A stretch of DNA of 64,000 nt from an uncultured Alphaproteobacteria bacterium (GCA_944392205.1 CALXVV010000002.1:101025-165024), one strand, 5' to 3'; positions 24,975 through 34,276 are shown, counted from the stretch's first letter. A program made the numbers and translations. The notes: a model not told the origin generated them from the sequence alone.

Positions 24975-25985
24975 ATGCCGACAAGAGATGAATATGATGC
25001 TTATTTTGAGCCGCTGATTGGGGTGGAGCTAAATAGTTTTGAGAGAATGGAAAAATCTCAAAATGATTACGAAAAATCACGCAACCAGGGAATGCAGCTT
25101 TCTTCAGATGTTCCGCTGGAGCAAAAGGCCAGAGCTGAGGCTATGGTGGCAGAAATGCGCCGGCAGCAAAAGCCGTTTATCAAGAAACTTTCTTTGCAAG
25201 TCCTGGAGAACCAAACTAAAGGTGTGCCGATGAAGACGCCAACCTTTGACGGTAAAGAAGTGCCGGTTTCGGATTTGAGCTATGTCTTGGCCGAATCTTT
25301 GCAGCACCTCTATTCTTCAGAAGATCCGAAGGCTGAATATTATGATTGGGTAGAAACTCAACGGCAGATTGAGATTGATATTAATACCAACGGAACAACG
25401 GAAGACGAAATTAAGGCTCGCAACTCTTTTATTGGTTTCTTGGATGACAGAGAAACAGAACTGAAGTTGATTATTTCTCTTTATGCAACGGCTGAACGCA
25501 ACGGAACCGGCTATTATAAGGAAATGGCCCAAAATAAACTCAATTTTCTACATTTTAAGCTTTCTGAATTACGTCGACTAAGGGATAGGACACAGGCGAC
25601 TAAAAGTAAATCTGATGAGCAGGAACGCGCTGAAAAAGAGATGGCCCATGCCGCAGGGATGGTTTTGGGCGGTATTGCTTTGGCCTCTGCTGAGGAACAG
25701 GCTCTCGGGCGCTATGTCCAAAATCAGGAAATCGGAAACGAGTTTGACAGCGCGGTGGAAGGGGTGATGACTTCTTATCGGCCGGTTACTTATTCAAAAG
25801 ATGACGTGTTTAGAAAACAAGAGATTTTACTGAAAAATCGCAGAAGGTTTATTGAGGGGCTTAGAATGGGTAAATCTGCCGAGCAGCAGGATTTAGAGGC
25901 AAAACGACAAATGGTCAGACGCGCTAAGAGCTTTAGCCTTAGTCGCTATAATCAGTTGGAAAGAGAATACTCTCGGTCTGCCTAA
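24975..25985 (+). CDS. hypothetical charged/coiled-coil protein (336 aa)
   Basis: GGGAGG RBS upstream. It starts 20 nt after the TerB-like gene. No family recognised. Confidence 0.55.
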   Translation: MPTRDEYDAYFEPLIGVELNSFERMEKSQNDYEKSRNQGMQLSSDVPLEQKARAEAMVAEMRRQQKPFIKKLSLQVLENQTKGVPMKTPTFDGKEVPVSDLSYVLAESLQHLYSSEDPKAEYYDWVETQRQIEIDINTNGTTEDEIKARNSFIGFLDDRETELKLIISLYATAERNGTGYYKEMAQNKLNFLHFKLSELRRLRDRTQATKSKSDEQERAEKEMAHAAGMVLGGIALASAEEQALGRYVQNQEIGNEFDSAVEGVMTSYRPVTYSKDDVFRKQEILLKNRRRFIEGLRMGKSAEQQDLEAKRQMVRRAKSFSLSRYNQLEREYSRSA

Positions 25986-26057
25986 CTAATTTATGGTTGA
26001 CAGCAAAAGGTGTCTGGATTATCAAAAACATTAGTATGAATTTTTAGGAGAATTTGA

Positions 26058-26357
26058 ATGGGTGCAATTTTTGAACCGTTTTTGTATGTTATCGGCCTGA
26101 TTGTGGATATTTATTTTAAAATTGTGGTCGTTCAAGTTGTTTTGTATTGGTTGATTCATTTCAAAATCTTGGAGCCTTCCAATAAGTATGCACAAAAAAC
26201 CGTTGAGGTTTTAGACAAGCTGACGGTACCTGTTTATAAAAAAATCGGTGAGAAAATCCCTGCTATTGCCGGGTTTGACTTCTCTCCGTTTATCTTGTTG
26301 TTGGCTTTAATCTTTGTCAGCCGCTTGATTTTGCGTCTGAGCGCTTTGTTGGTGTAG
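26058..26357 (+). CDS. yggT: YggT-family membrane protein
   Basis: 99 aa with two hydrophobic segments and the VVQVVLYWLI pattern. Followed by a DUF167 gene, as in yggT-yggU pairs. Confidence 0.7.
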   Translation: MGAIFEPFLYVIGLIVDIYFKIVVVQVVLYWLIHFKILEPSNKYAQKTVEVLDKLTVPVYKKIGEKIPAIAGFDFSPFILLLALIFVSRLILRLSALLV

Positions 26358-26363
26358 TATCTG

Positions 26364-26666
26364 TTGTTTTTTGAGAAAAATCAAAAGGGCATAATTTTAA
26401 GAGTTAGGCTAACCCCTAACTCTTCTTGTTGTAAAATTAATGGCGTTTTTGTTGATCCAAACGGCGATGAATGGCTCAAAATTAATGTCATTAGCGTGCC
26501 GGAAAAGGGAAAAGCCAATCAAGAGTTAATCAGATTTTTGGCCGTTAAGTTGAGAATTTCAAAATCTGATTTGCAAATCATTAGCGGAGAGCTTGATAGA
26601 TATAAGAAAATTTTGGTGCAGGCGGATAAAGAGCAAATACAAGTTTTGGCAGAGGAGATAAAATAG
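26364..26666 (+). CDS. DUF167 (YggU/UPF0235) protein
   Basis: ILRVRLTPNSS....PEKGKAN.ELIRFLA pattern. TTG start per the ORF track. Confidence 0.7.
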   Translation: MFFEKNQKGIILRVRLTPNSSCCKINGVFVDPNGDEWLKINVISVPEKGKANQELIRFLAVKLRISKSDLQIISGELDRYKKILVQADKEQIQVLAEEIK

Positions 26667-27557
26667 GTGACAGCACAAATAATTGACGGAAAAAAGATAG
26701 CCTCCGAAATCAGAGCCGATTTGGCTAAAAAGGTTGAACAGCTGCCGGGTGAGGTTATGCCGGTGTTGGCGGTTGTGTTGGTGGGAGATAATGAGGCCAG
26801 CCGAATCTACGTGCGCAATAAGAAAAAGGCCGCCGCAGAAGTTGGAATCGGGTGCGAAGTGTTGGAAATGAATGAGGGTATCGGTGAAAATGCTCTCTTG
26901 GCAACTATTGAGGAGTTAAACGAGAATCCGCATGTTAACGGAATAATTGTTCAGCTGCCGTTGCCCGACCATATTAATCCTTTAAAAATCCTATCAGCTA
27001 TTCGGCCGGAAAAAGATGTCGATGGCTTTAACCCGTATAATGCCGGGTTGTTGGCGTGCAAGGAGCCTGAGGCGGTTGTTTCTGCCACGCCCAAGGGAAT
27101 TTTGAAGTTGTTGCAAACAACAGGGGTTGACTTGTGCGGTAAACACGCCGTTGTTATCGGCCGCTCTAATATTGTCGGACGTCCTACCGCCATGGTACTA
27201 CTCAATCACGATTGCACGGTGACCGTTACCCACTCAAAAACCATTGATTTGCCGAATATTGTTCGGCAGGCAGATATTGTGGTGGCCGCTTGCGGATGTC
27301 CAAAATTGGTTAAAAAAGATTGGCTCAAAGAAGGCGCGGTGGTGATAGATGTGGGGATTAACCGCGTGGAGGGAAAACTTTGTGGTGATGTTGATTTTGA
27401 CGCTGCAACAGAGAAAGCTTCTTTCATTACCCCTGTTCCCGGTGGGGTTGGGCCGATGACGGTGGCGATGCTTTTGGAAAATACTTATGAGGCAGCCCTG
27501 AAACAACAAAATTCTCATGGACATCATTGTCATTGCGGACATTGTCATCATTCTTGA
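26667..27557 (+). CDS. folD: bifunctional methylenetetrahydrofolate dehydrogenase/cyclohydrolase FolD with a His/Cys-rich C-terminal tail
   Basis: IIDGKKIA, VQLPLP, GRSNIVGRP, PVPGGVGPMTVAML. Extra tail NSHGHHCHCGHCHHS. GTG start. Confidence 0.95.
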   Translation: MTAQIIDGKKIASEIRADLAKKVEQLPGEVMPVLAVVLVGDNEASRIYVRNKKKAAAEVGIGCEVLEMNEGIGENALLATIEELNENPHVNGIIVQLPLPDHINPLKILSAIRPEKDVDGFNPYNAGLLACKEPEAVVSATPKGILKLLQTTGVDLCGKHAVVIGRSNIVGRPTAMVLLNHDCTVTVTHSKTIDLPNIVRQADIVVAACGCPKLVKKDWLKEGAVVIDVGINRVEGKLCGDVDFDAATEKASFITPVPGGVGPMTVAMLLENTYEAALKQQNSHGHHCHCGHCHHS

Positions 27558-27643
27558 TGATGATTAAAACAAAAATTTTGTTGCGCAAAGTAAATAATCC
27601 TTTATCTTTACGGATAAGTGTTAATTTTTTAGCGGAATAGATT

Positions 27644-28258
27644 ATGGGAATTAGCTATCTTAGACAATCTTTTCATCGTTTGGTGAGAGCAACTTATGAC
27701 TGGATGCTTGATTTGGCCGCGCGCCCAAATGCCATGGTGTTTTTGGCGATTGTTGCTTTTGCTGAAAGCTCGTTTTTTCCAATTCCTCCTGATATTATGA
27801 TCATCCCTATGGTGTTGGCTATGCCTCAGAAGGCTTGGAGAATCGCCGGTGTGGCAACAGTGGCCAGTGTTGTGGGCGGATATTTCGGCTATAGTATCGG
27901 CATATTTTTCTTTGATTTGATTGCCAAGCCGATTTTGAGCTTTTATGGCTATATGCAACAGTTTGATGTTTTCAAAGACTACTACCACGAATGGGGTGCT
28001 TGGATTGTTTTTGGCGCCGGTATTACACCTTTTCCTTATAAGGTTATCACCATTGCCAGCGGTGTTGTCCACCTGGATTTAATCACTTTTACGGTTGCTT
28101 CCGTAATTGCCAGGGGTATGCGCTTTTATTTGGTGGCTTGGTTGCTGAAAAAATACGGCGAGCCAATGAAAGAATTTATTGAGAAAAATCTCGGAATGCT
28201 TTCGGTTTTGTTCCTGGTTCTGCTGATTGGCGGATTTGTTGCCATCAAGTATATCTAA
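27644..28258 (+). CDS. YqaA/DedA-family membrane protein
   Basis: FAESSFFPIPPDIM and GITPFPYKV motifs. Confidence 0.8.
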   Translation: MGISYLRQSFHRLVRATYDWMLDLAARPNAMVFLAIVAFAESSFFPIPPDIMIIPMVLAMPQKAWRIAGVATVASVVGGYFGYSIGIFFFDLIAKPILSFYGYMQQFDVFKDYYHEWGAWIVFGAGITPFPYKVITIASGVVHLDLITFTVASVIARGMRFYLVAWLLKKYGEPMKEFIEKNLGMLSVLFLVLLIGGFVAIKYI

Positions 28259-28887
28259 ATCTTTTTATCGGCGCTGTGGCAAAACTTGGTTATCGGGCAG
28301 TTTTTGCAATCTGGTTTTTGTGCTTTGCAAATATATCTTCCAAATAATACCAGCCAGTGGTTGAGGTGGCGTTTGTATTCATCGGGCAGTTTGTTTAAAT
28401 CTGCTTCAACCGTTAGAGGGGTATTGCCGTCACTTAAATCTAATCTTTTGGCCAGTCTTAAAACATGAGTATCTACTGCCACGGTTGGCTCACCCCACCA
28501 AACATTGAGCAAAACATTTGCGGTCTTGCGGCCAACACCGGGCAGGGATTCCAAAAAATCCCTGTTTTTGGGAACTTCTCCGTTGGCCTCATCTACCAGC
28601 CGTTGGCTTAAACTCATGATGTTTTTGGCTTTGTTGTTGTATAGCCCAATCGTTTTGATATGATTTTTAAGCTCATCTATGCCTAAATTGAGCATTTTTT
28701 GCGGAGTGTCGGCAATTTTGAATAGTTGTTCGGTTGCTTTGTTGACGCCTTTATCTGTGCTTTGGGCCGATAAAACAATGGCTACCAGCAAAGTATAGGC
28801 ATTGTGGTAATTAAGCTCGCTTTTGGGATTAGGGTCTTGAGCTTTAAAAACGTCTAAAATCTCGCAGATTTCTTTTAGGGGTCTCAT
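28255..28887 (-). CDS. nth: endonuclease III
   Basis: HhH LPGVGRKTANVLL and the Fe-S cluster motif CKAQKPDCKNCPITKFC. Start chosen at 28887, where the ATG overlaps the tsaD TGA (ATGA). ORF track extends to 28941. Confidence 0.9.
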   Translation of the reverse strand: MRPLKEICEILDVFKAQDPNPKSELNYHNAYTLLVAIVLSAQSTDKGVNKATEQLFKIADTPQKMLNLGIDELKNHIKTIGLYNNKAKNIMSLSQRLVDEANGEVPKNRDFLESLPGVGRKTANVLLNVWWGEPTVAVDTHVLRLAKRLDLSDGNTPLTVEADLNKLPDEYKRHLNHWLVLFGRYICKAQKPDCKNCPITKFCHSADKKI

Positions 28888-29960
28888 GCTTTTACTCCTC
28901 CGGCACCGGCTGCTTTGGGCGCATCGGCATCCAGGGGCCATCTGGGGCGGGGTTTGAAGTCAAGCCCGTTGTACATCCCTTTTAAGGCTCTTTCCATGCC
29001 GGCCCAGGCAATCATAACGCCATTGTCGGTACAAAAGCGAATCGGTGGTGCGGAAAAGGTCAGCCCTTCCGTATCTGCCAGCTGTTGCAGGCGGTTCCGC
29101 AAATAAGTATTGGCCGCAACACCGCCAGAGACAACCAAATCTTGGCCTTGCGGATATTTTGTTTTGAAAATAACAATGGCTTTTTGCAGCTTATAAACCA
29201 AACTCTCGGTGGCCGCTTTTTGGAAAGAAGCGCAAATATCGGCGGTGTCTTGTTTGCGCAAAATGGCATGCTCAATGTTGTCATCGGGGGCATAAGATTC
29301 TATAATCTTGCGCACAGCCGTTTTTAGGCCGGAGAAAGACAAATTGCAATCGTGTGAATTTTGCAAAGGTCTTGGCAGTACAAAGCGGTTTTCATCTCCT
29401 AAAGCTGCCATTTTTTCTATCATCGGGCCGCCGGGGTAGCCCAAAGAGAGCATCTTGGCGACTTTGTCAAAAGCTTCGCCGGCCGCATCATCTATGGTGG
29501 TGCCTAAGCGTTCAAATTCTCCGACGCCTTTAACAATCAGTATTTGGCAGTGTCCGCCGGAGACCAGCAGTAATAAATAGGGATATTGGACATCAGAGGT
29601 TAGGCGGGCGGCTAAAGCGTGTCCTTCCAGGTGGTTGATGGCAATAAACGGTTTGTTTAAGGCTAAAGCCAAGGCTTTGCCTGCCATAACCCCAACTACC
29701 ACGCCGCCGATGAGCCCGGGGCCAGAGGAGGCAGCTATGGCGTCTATATCTTGAGGTTTGAGGTTGGCGCGTTTGAATGTTTCTTCCAAAATCTCATCTA
29801 TATGTTCAAGGTGGCAGCGAGCGGCAATCTCTGGTACAACCCCGCCATAGACTTTATGTTCCAGTTGGGTTAAAACACATTCGCCCAATATCTGGCGCTG
29901 GTCATTAACAATGGCGGCGGCCGTTTCATCGCAGCTGCTCTCTATTCCTAAAACTATCAT
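28884..29960 (-). CDS. tsaD: tRNA N6-adenosine threonylcarbamoyltransferase TsaD
   Basis: LGIESSCDETAAA, HLEGH, SGGVAAN. Confidence 0.95.
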   Translation of the reverse strand: MIVLGIESSCDETAAAIVNDQRQILGECVLTQLEHKVYGGVVPEIAARCHLEHIDEILEETFKRANLKPQDIDAIAASSGPGLIGGVVVGVMAGKALALALNKPFIAINHLEGHALAARLTSDVQYPYLLLLVSGGHCQILIVKGVGEFERLGTTIDDAAGEAFDKVAKMLSLGYPGGPMIEKMAALGDENRFVLPRPLQNSHDCNLSFSGLKTAVRKIIESYAPDDNIEHAILRKQDTADICASFQKAATESLVYKLQKAIVIFKTKYPQGQDLVVSGGVAANTYLRNRLQQLADTEGLTFSAPPIRFCTDNGVMIAWAGMERALKGMYNGLDFKPRPRWPLDADAPKAAGAGGVKA

Positions 29961-30080
29961 CTAAAAGTTCCCTTTGGCCTTATGTTTATTAAAGGCAAGT
30001 ATTTATTGCAGTTTTTTTTATATTATATACACTAGGAAAATATAAAAGCCAAGAATTTACTGTATGAGGGAATAGGCAAA

Positions 30081-31064
30081 ATGGTAAAAAAACAAGCTGA
30101 AACACCGATTGAAGAAGAAAAAGTAATAAAACATGGGAGTTTTAAAAAGGCTCTGATTAAATTGTTGGTGCTCTTTATCTTGGCGGCAGCAGCTTATGGA
30201 GTGTGGAAGAATCCGGCTTTGATTGATGAGGCCAAGGGCTTGTTTTCCCGCCAGCCAAAAGTGGATGTCTATCAGCAGCAAATTGATGCTCTGACCATGC
30301 AAATGCAATCTTTGCAACAGCAGTTGGCAGCTACAAGTGCGCAAGTCAAAGAGCCTGATTTGTCCGGGCTGGAGGCAAGAATCAGAGAAATTAAGAAGAT
30401 GAATCTGAATATTATTGATTCCAAGGCCGATGTGGCAACCGTTTTAGGCGTTGTCACCAGAATGGATAAGGCTGAACAAAAGCTTGATAAATTAACTGCC
30501 GTGACCGATGACAGCGCCTTGGTTTTAACAGGTGTCTTGCTGGTGAAAGACAGTGCTGAGCGCGGCGGCAGTTTTGAGTATGAGGTAGAGGTTTTGAGCA
30601 ATATTGCCGCGGAGAATCCACAAATGGCAAAAGAAGTACAAAACCTTGTTCCTTTTGCTAAAGATGGCATATCCTCTGAGCTGGATTTGGTCAAAGAGTT
30701 TGATGAGATTTACACCAATCTTTTGAATCAACAGAAAACAGATTTTGATAAGACCTGGAAAGAGCGCCTAAACACCAAGCTAAGTGAGATTGTGCAAATT
30801 AAGAAAACCAACGAAAATGCCCCGGAGTTTTCTGCAGATAAAAAGCTTGAAAACATCAAACAATATGTTGATGACGGGGAGCTTTTTAAGGCGGCCTCTT
30901 TGTTGATGTTGCCTGAAAATCAGGAGTGGATGCAAAATGAAGCTTTGCAACAGTGGGTTAAAAAAGTGCAGGCAAGAGAAGAATTTTATGATGTGATTGA
31001 GGATTTGTCAGCCTCCTCCTTGGCCGCATTGAAGGTTAATTTCTTAAAGAAAAAAGGAAATTAA
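30081..31064 (+). CDS. inner-membrane coiled-coil protein, candidate alphaproteobacterial Mic60 (mitofilin-domain) homolog
   Basis: N-terminal TM helix LIKLLVLFILAAAAYGVW, a Gln-rich coiled coil, and the C-terminal block YVDDGELFKAASLLMLPENQEWMQNEALQQWVKKVQAREEFYDVIEDL, which resembles the mitofilin signature. Divergent from tsaD. Confidence 0.45.
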   Translation: MVKKQAETPIEEEKVIKHGSFKKALIKLLVLFILAAAAYGVWKNPALIDEAKGLFSRQPKVDVYQQQIDALTMQMQSLQQQLAATSAQVKEPDLSGLEARIREIKKMNLNIIDSKADVATVLGVVTRMDKAEQKLDKLTAVTDDSALVLTGVLLVKDSAERGGSFEYEVEVLSNIAAENPQMAKEVQNLVPFAKDGISSELDLVKEFDEIYTNLLNQQKTDFDKTWKERLNTKLSEIVQIKKTNENAPEFSADKKLENIKQYVDDGELFKAASLLMLPENQEWMQNEALQQWVKKVQAREEFYDVIEDLSASSLAALKVNFLKKKGN

Positions 31065-31098
31065 TGCTTACTTCATATTTGCTCGCAGACAATTCCGT

Positions 31099-32388
31099 TT
31101 ATGCAGGAGTTGATTGAGTATCTTCGGCTTGGTTTTCGTGGCAAGTAATCTTGATCTGGCTTAGCTGATTTTTATCACGTTTTATTACCTCAAATTGAAA
31201 ATCGCCGAAGATAAATTTTTGTCCGGCCTGCGGAATGGAGCGAGTCATATCTAAAAGATAACCGGCAATGGTGACGGCGTTGTCATCTTCTATATGCCAG
31301 CCGTATTTGCGGTTGAGGTCGCGAATCGGTACTTGGCCATCAACAATATAGCTGTTCTCACTCAGCTTGCGAATCCCCATAATATCTAAGTTTGAGATAT
31401 CGCTTTCATCGTTAATGTCACCGACAATTTCTTCCAAAATATCTTCTAGGGTGACAATGCCTTGCAAGACACCATATTCATCCACCACAATTGCAAAATG
31501 CTCGCGGCGGGCGCGAAACCACTGTAATTGCTGTTTTAGGGAGGTGTTATCGGGAATAAACCACGGCTTGGTCATCAAATCTTCCAGTTTGACTTTGCTG
31601 AAATCTCCGTGGTTGTCTATCACAGCCTTAAACAGGGTCTTGACCCTTATGACACCAACAATATTCTCTGGCTTTTCCTTATACAACGGAATCCTTGAAA
31701 AAGGGCAGTTTTCAACTTTTTTTAACACATCTTCCATGGGTAAATCTATGTCTAAGGAAAAGAGATTTTTGCGGTGATTCATTACATCATAAACCGTGAT
31801 ATCGGTCAAATCTAAGATGCTTTTTAACATCTCTTGTTCTTGGCGGCCTTCTTTATCGTTATACATATAAATGGCGCCCCTGACCTCGGCCAAGCCGTCT
31901 CCTTTATTGTCTTCTTGTTGTTTGATGCCAAAAGGACGAAAGGTCAGTTGTACGATTTTTTGTAAGATCCAGACAACAGGTGCAAATATTTTTACAAAAA
32001 TATTAACCCACGGGGCAACAATGAGGGCCATGGTATTGGCATGCCGAACAGCATAGCTCTTGGGTAGCATATCCGTGTATATCAAAACCAAAAAGGTCAT
32101 GATAATGGTGGCGTAGGCCACACCTTCGTTGCCAAATAGGCCAATCAATACCCCGGTGGAAAGAGAAGTGGCCAGAGTGTTGCTCAGGTTGGAACCTAAA
32201 AGAGTGGTAATAATAAGATTATCTCTGTGCTTAAAAAGGCGGTTAACCAAGCGCGCCCTTGGGTTTTTGCCGTTTTTTTCCTGGTCGGTGATGAATGCTT
32301 GCGAGGCTCCTGTCAGGGCCGTTTCTGAGCCGGAGAAAAAGGCGGATAAAAACAGTAAAAACAAAACGGCGATGGCAGATATTATCAT
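31099..32388 (-). CDS. CNNM/HlyC-CorC family transporter (DUF21-CBS-CorC; TlyC-like)
   Basis: DUF21 membrane domain, CBS pair, and HFAIVVDEYGVLQGIVTLEDILEEIVGDI. Confidence 0.85.
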   Translation of the reverse strand: MIISAIAVLFLLFLSAFFSGSETALTGASQAFITDQEKNGKNPRARLVNRLFKHRDNLIITTLLGSNLSNTLATSLSTGVLIGLFGNEGVAYATIIMTFLVLIYTDMLPKSYAVRHANTMALIVAPWVNIFVKIFAPVVWILQKIVQLTFRPFGIKQQEDNKGDGLAEVRGAIYMYNDKEGRQEQEMLKSILDLTDITVYDVMNHRKNLFSLDIDLPMEDVLKKVENCPFSRIPLYKEKPENIVGVIRVKTLFKAVIDNHGDFSKVKLEDLMTKPWFIPDNTSLKQQLQWFRARREHFAIVVDEYGVLQGIVTLEDILEEIVGDINDESDISNLDIMGIRKLSENSYIVDGQVPIRDLNRKYGWHIEDDNAVTIAGYLLDMTRSIPQAGQKFIFGDFQFEVIKRDKNQLSQIKITCHENQAEDTQSTPA

Positions 32389-32930
32389 TGGTGTTCCTGT
32401 GCTAGAAAGTTGTTGATGGCATTTATAACCCTGTCAACGGTGATATCTACTTGTTCTTCTTTGGTTTCAACAATGATATCGGCCTCAGAGTAATAGGGGT
32501 ATTCTTCGTTTATGTAGGTTTCAAGCTTGTTCTTGAGCTCGGTGTCATTACCTTTCAAGAAAGGTCGATGCTGACGTCCCGCCGTGCGGTGGTATAAAAC
32601 ATCCAAATCAGCCTTCAACCAGATGGTGATGGCATTTTTGCGCGCATATTCTCTGGTTTGCGGCGCCACAAAAGAGCCGCCGCCGGAGGCTAATACACAG
32701 GGGGCTCCTTGCAGAAGCCGTTTCATCACTCTGGCCTCACCGGCACGATATTCCTCAAGCCCAAAGCATTTTAAGATATCTATCAAAGACAATCCGGCGG
32801 CTTTTTCAACCTCCCTGTCGCCGTCTACAAACGGAAGATTTAGTTTCTTGGAGAGGCGTTTTCCAACGCTGGTCTTGCCACTGCCCATTAATCCGACCAG
32901 AAGAATAATTTTATCATTTATTGTGGTCAT
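32385..32930 (-). CDS. aroK: shikimate kinase
   Basis: LVGLMGSGKTSVGKRL, followed by GGG. Confidence 0.9.
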   Translation of the reverse strand: MTTINDKIILLVGLMGSGKTSVGKRLSKKLNLPFVDGDREVEKAAGLSLIDILKCFGLEEYRAGEARVMKRLLQGAPCVLASGGGSFVAPQTREYARKNAITIWLKADLDVLYHRTAGRQHRPFLKGNDTELKNKLETYINEEYPYYSEADIIVETKEEQVDITVDRVINAINNFLAQEHQ

Positions 32931-33021
32931 TCTTTTGTAATTTTAATTTATCTTTCAAACTTATTGTGTTAACTATATAAATAATACTATCGTTTAGCAA
33001 CATAATTTTATGAGGAATATC

Positions 33022-33165
33022 ATGTTGAGACAGAAAAAAAATTCAAATTGGGTCTATTATCTTATCGGCGCTTTGCTCTTGGCGGCTATCGTGTTTGTCG
33101 CAGTTCATGAAGTGCCGGCGCCCGTTGAGCATGTTGAAGAGGAAATTTCTCTTAGCACAAAATAA
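33022..33165 (+). CDS. small single-pass membrane protein (47 aa)
   Basis: GAGGA at 33012-33016. MLRQKKNSNWVYYLIGALLLAAIVFVAVHEVPAPVEHVEEEISLSTK. It ends 8 nt before xerD. Too short for the ORF track. Confidence 0.35.
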   Translation: MLRQKKNSNWVYYLIGALLLAAIVFVAVHEVPAPVEHVEEEISLSTK

Positions 33166-33173
33166 TTCTTGGT

Positions 33174-34094
33174 TTGAAAATGGCGGATTGTATCGAAGAT
33201 TTTTTGGATATGATGGCGGCAGAGGTTGGAGCCTCTCAAAACACGCTTGATGCTTATCGGCGCGATTTGGAGCAGTTTGTGGAAATCTGCAATAAGCCGT
33301 TTGGGCAAATTAACCAAGATGATATCTCTTCTTATCTTTCGTATTTGGGTAAAAAAGGGTATGCCACCAAGTCTGTGGCCAGAAAAATTTCTGCCCTGCG
33401 CGATATGTTTAAATTTTTGTTTTCTGAAAAACAAATTACATCTAATCCGCTGATGAACATATCCGCGCCAAAGCCTGAAAAACCGCTGCCCAAGTTTTTG
33501 ACCAAGGCTGAAGTAAAAAATCTTTTGGCCGTGGCGCATGAAAAAAATGATTTCCGGTCCAAACGCCTGGCGGTTATGCTGGAGCTGATGTATGCCTGCG
33601 GGTTGCGTGTTTCAGAGCTGGTTTCTTTGCCTGAAAATTGTATCAATTTTGATAAACGGCAGATATTGGTGCGCGGAAAAGGCAACAAAGAAAGGCTGAT
33701 TCCGGTTGCCGCCTCAACACTTAAAGCTCTGGGGGAGTATTTTACTTTTCGGGATGAATTTGTCCGCGGGGGCAGAAAATCTATCTGGTTATTTCCATCT
33801 TTGCGTTCAAAACTCGGGCATATGACTCGAGACGGATTTTTTAAGGATTTAAAGGAACTTGCGGTCAGAGCCGGGGTTAGCCCAAACAAAATTTCTCCGC
33901 ACGTTTTGCGCCACTCTTTTGCCACTCACCTGTTGCAAAATCAGGCGGATTTGAGAACCGTGCAGAAAATGCTCGGGCATGAAAACATCTCTACAACCGA
34001 GATTTACACCCATATCATGTCAGAAGATTTGCTAAGGGTTGTGGCGGGCAATCATCCCCTATCCCGGAAAAACTCGTCTGGCGGTTTTCTATAG
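33174..34094 (+). CDS. xerD: site-specific tyrosine recombinase XerD
   Basis: LDAYRRDL, GLRVSEL, HVLRHSFATHLL, LGHENISTTEIYTH. Confidence 0.9.
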   Translation: MKMADCIEDFLDMMAAEVGASQNTLDAYRRDLEQFVEICNKPFGQINQDDISSYLSYLGKKGYATKSVARKISALRDMFKFLFSEKQITSNPLMNISAPKPEKPLPKFLTKAEVKNLLAVAHEKNDFRSKRLAVMLELMYACGLRVSELVSLPENCINFDKRQILVRGKGNKERLIPVAASTLKALGEYFTFRDEFVRGGRKSIWLFPSLRSKLGHMTRDGFFKDLKELAVRAGVSPNKISPHVLRHSFATHLLQNQADLRTVQKMLGHENISTTEIYTHIMSEDLLRVVAGNHPLSRKNSSGGFL

Positions 34095-34095
34095 C

Positions 34096-34167
34096 GATTT
34101 TAGAGGGAACGCCAAAATGCTCACGTACGTTTGATGTACGCTCCGCTTTTGTCGCCGCACTAAAATC
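34096..34167. other. 72-nt imperfect nested palindrome (possible structured RNA or REP-like element)
   Basis: Outer arms gattttag (34096-34103) / ctaaaatc (34160-34167). Inner arms cgtac (34124-34128) / gtacg (34136-34140). Partial pairing between them. Confidence 0.3.
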
Positions 34168-34224
34168 ACTCTATAAATTCCACCAGCTGAGTTTTTCTTG
34201 TGGGTTGATGTCTGGTATAAAAAC

Positions 34225-34256
34225 AAAAAAGAGTCCCTTTTTAGGACTCTTTTTTT
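34225..34256. terminator. bidirectional rho-independent terminator
   Basis: agagtcc (34230-34236) / ggactct (34244-34250) with A and T runs, between convergent genes. Confidence 0.7.
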
Positions 34257-34276
34257 GGGTTCGGTCGGTGTCGGGG

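Noticed and set aside
28888-28941. N-terminal extension of nth (MAPGCRCAQSSRCRRSKS) given by the ORF track
   Set aside because: It lies inside the tsaD coding region and is Arg/Cys-rich, which looks out-of-frame. The ATG at 28887 forms an ATGA junction with the tsaD stop and begins a normal Nth N-terminus.
33332-33925. 197-aa minus-strand ORF inside xerD
   Set aside because: It is antisense to a CDS with the complete R..H-R-Y tyrosine-recombinase motifs.
33174-34094. Phage-type integrase responsible for the tRNA-Arg repeats
   Set aside because: The motifs and length fit the chromosomal dimer-resolution recombinase XerD. It lies about 25 kb from the tRNA locus in a housekeeping context.
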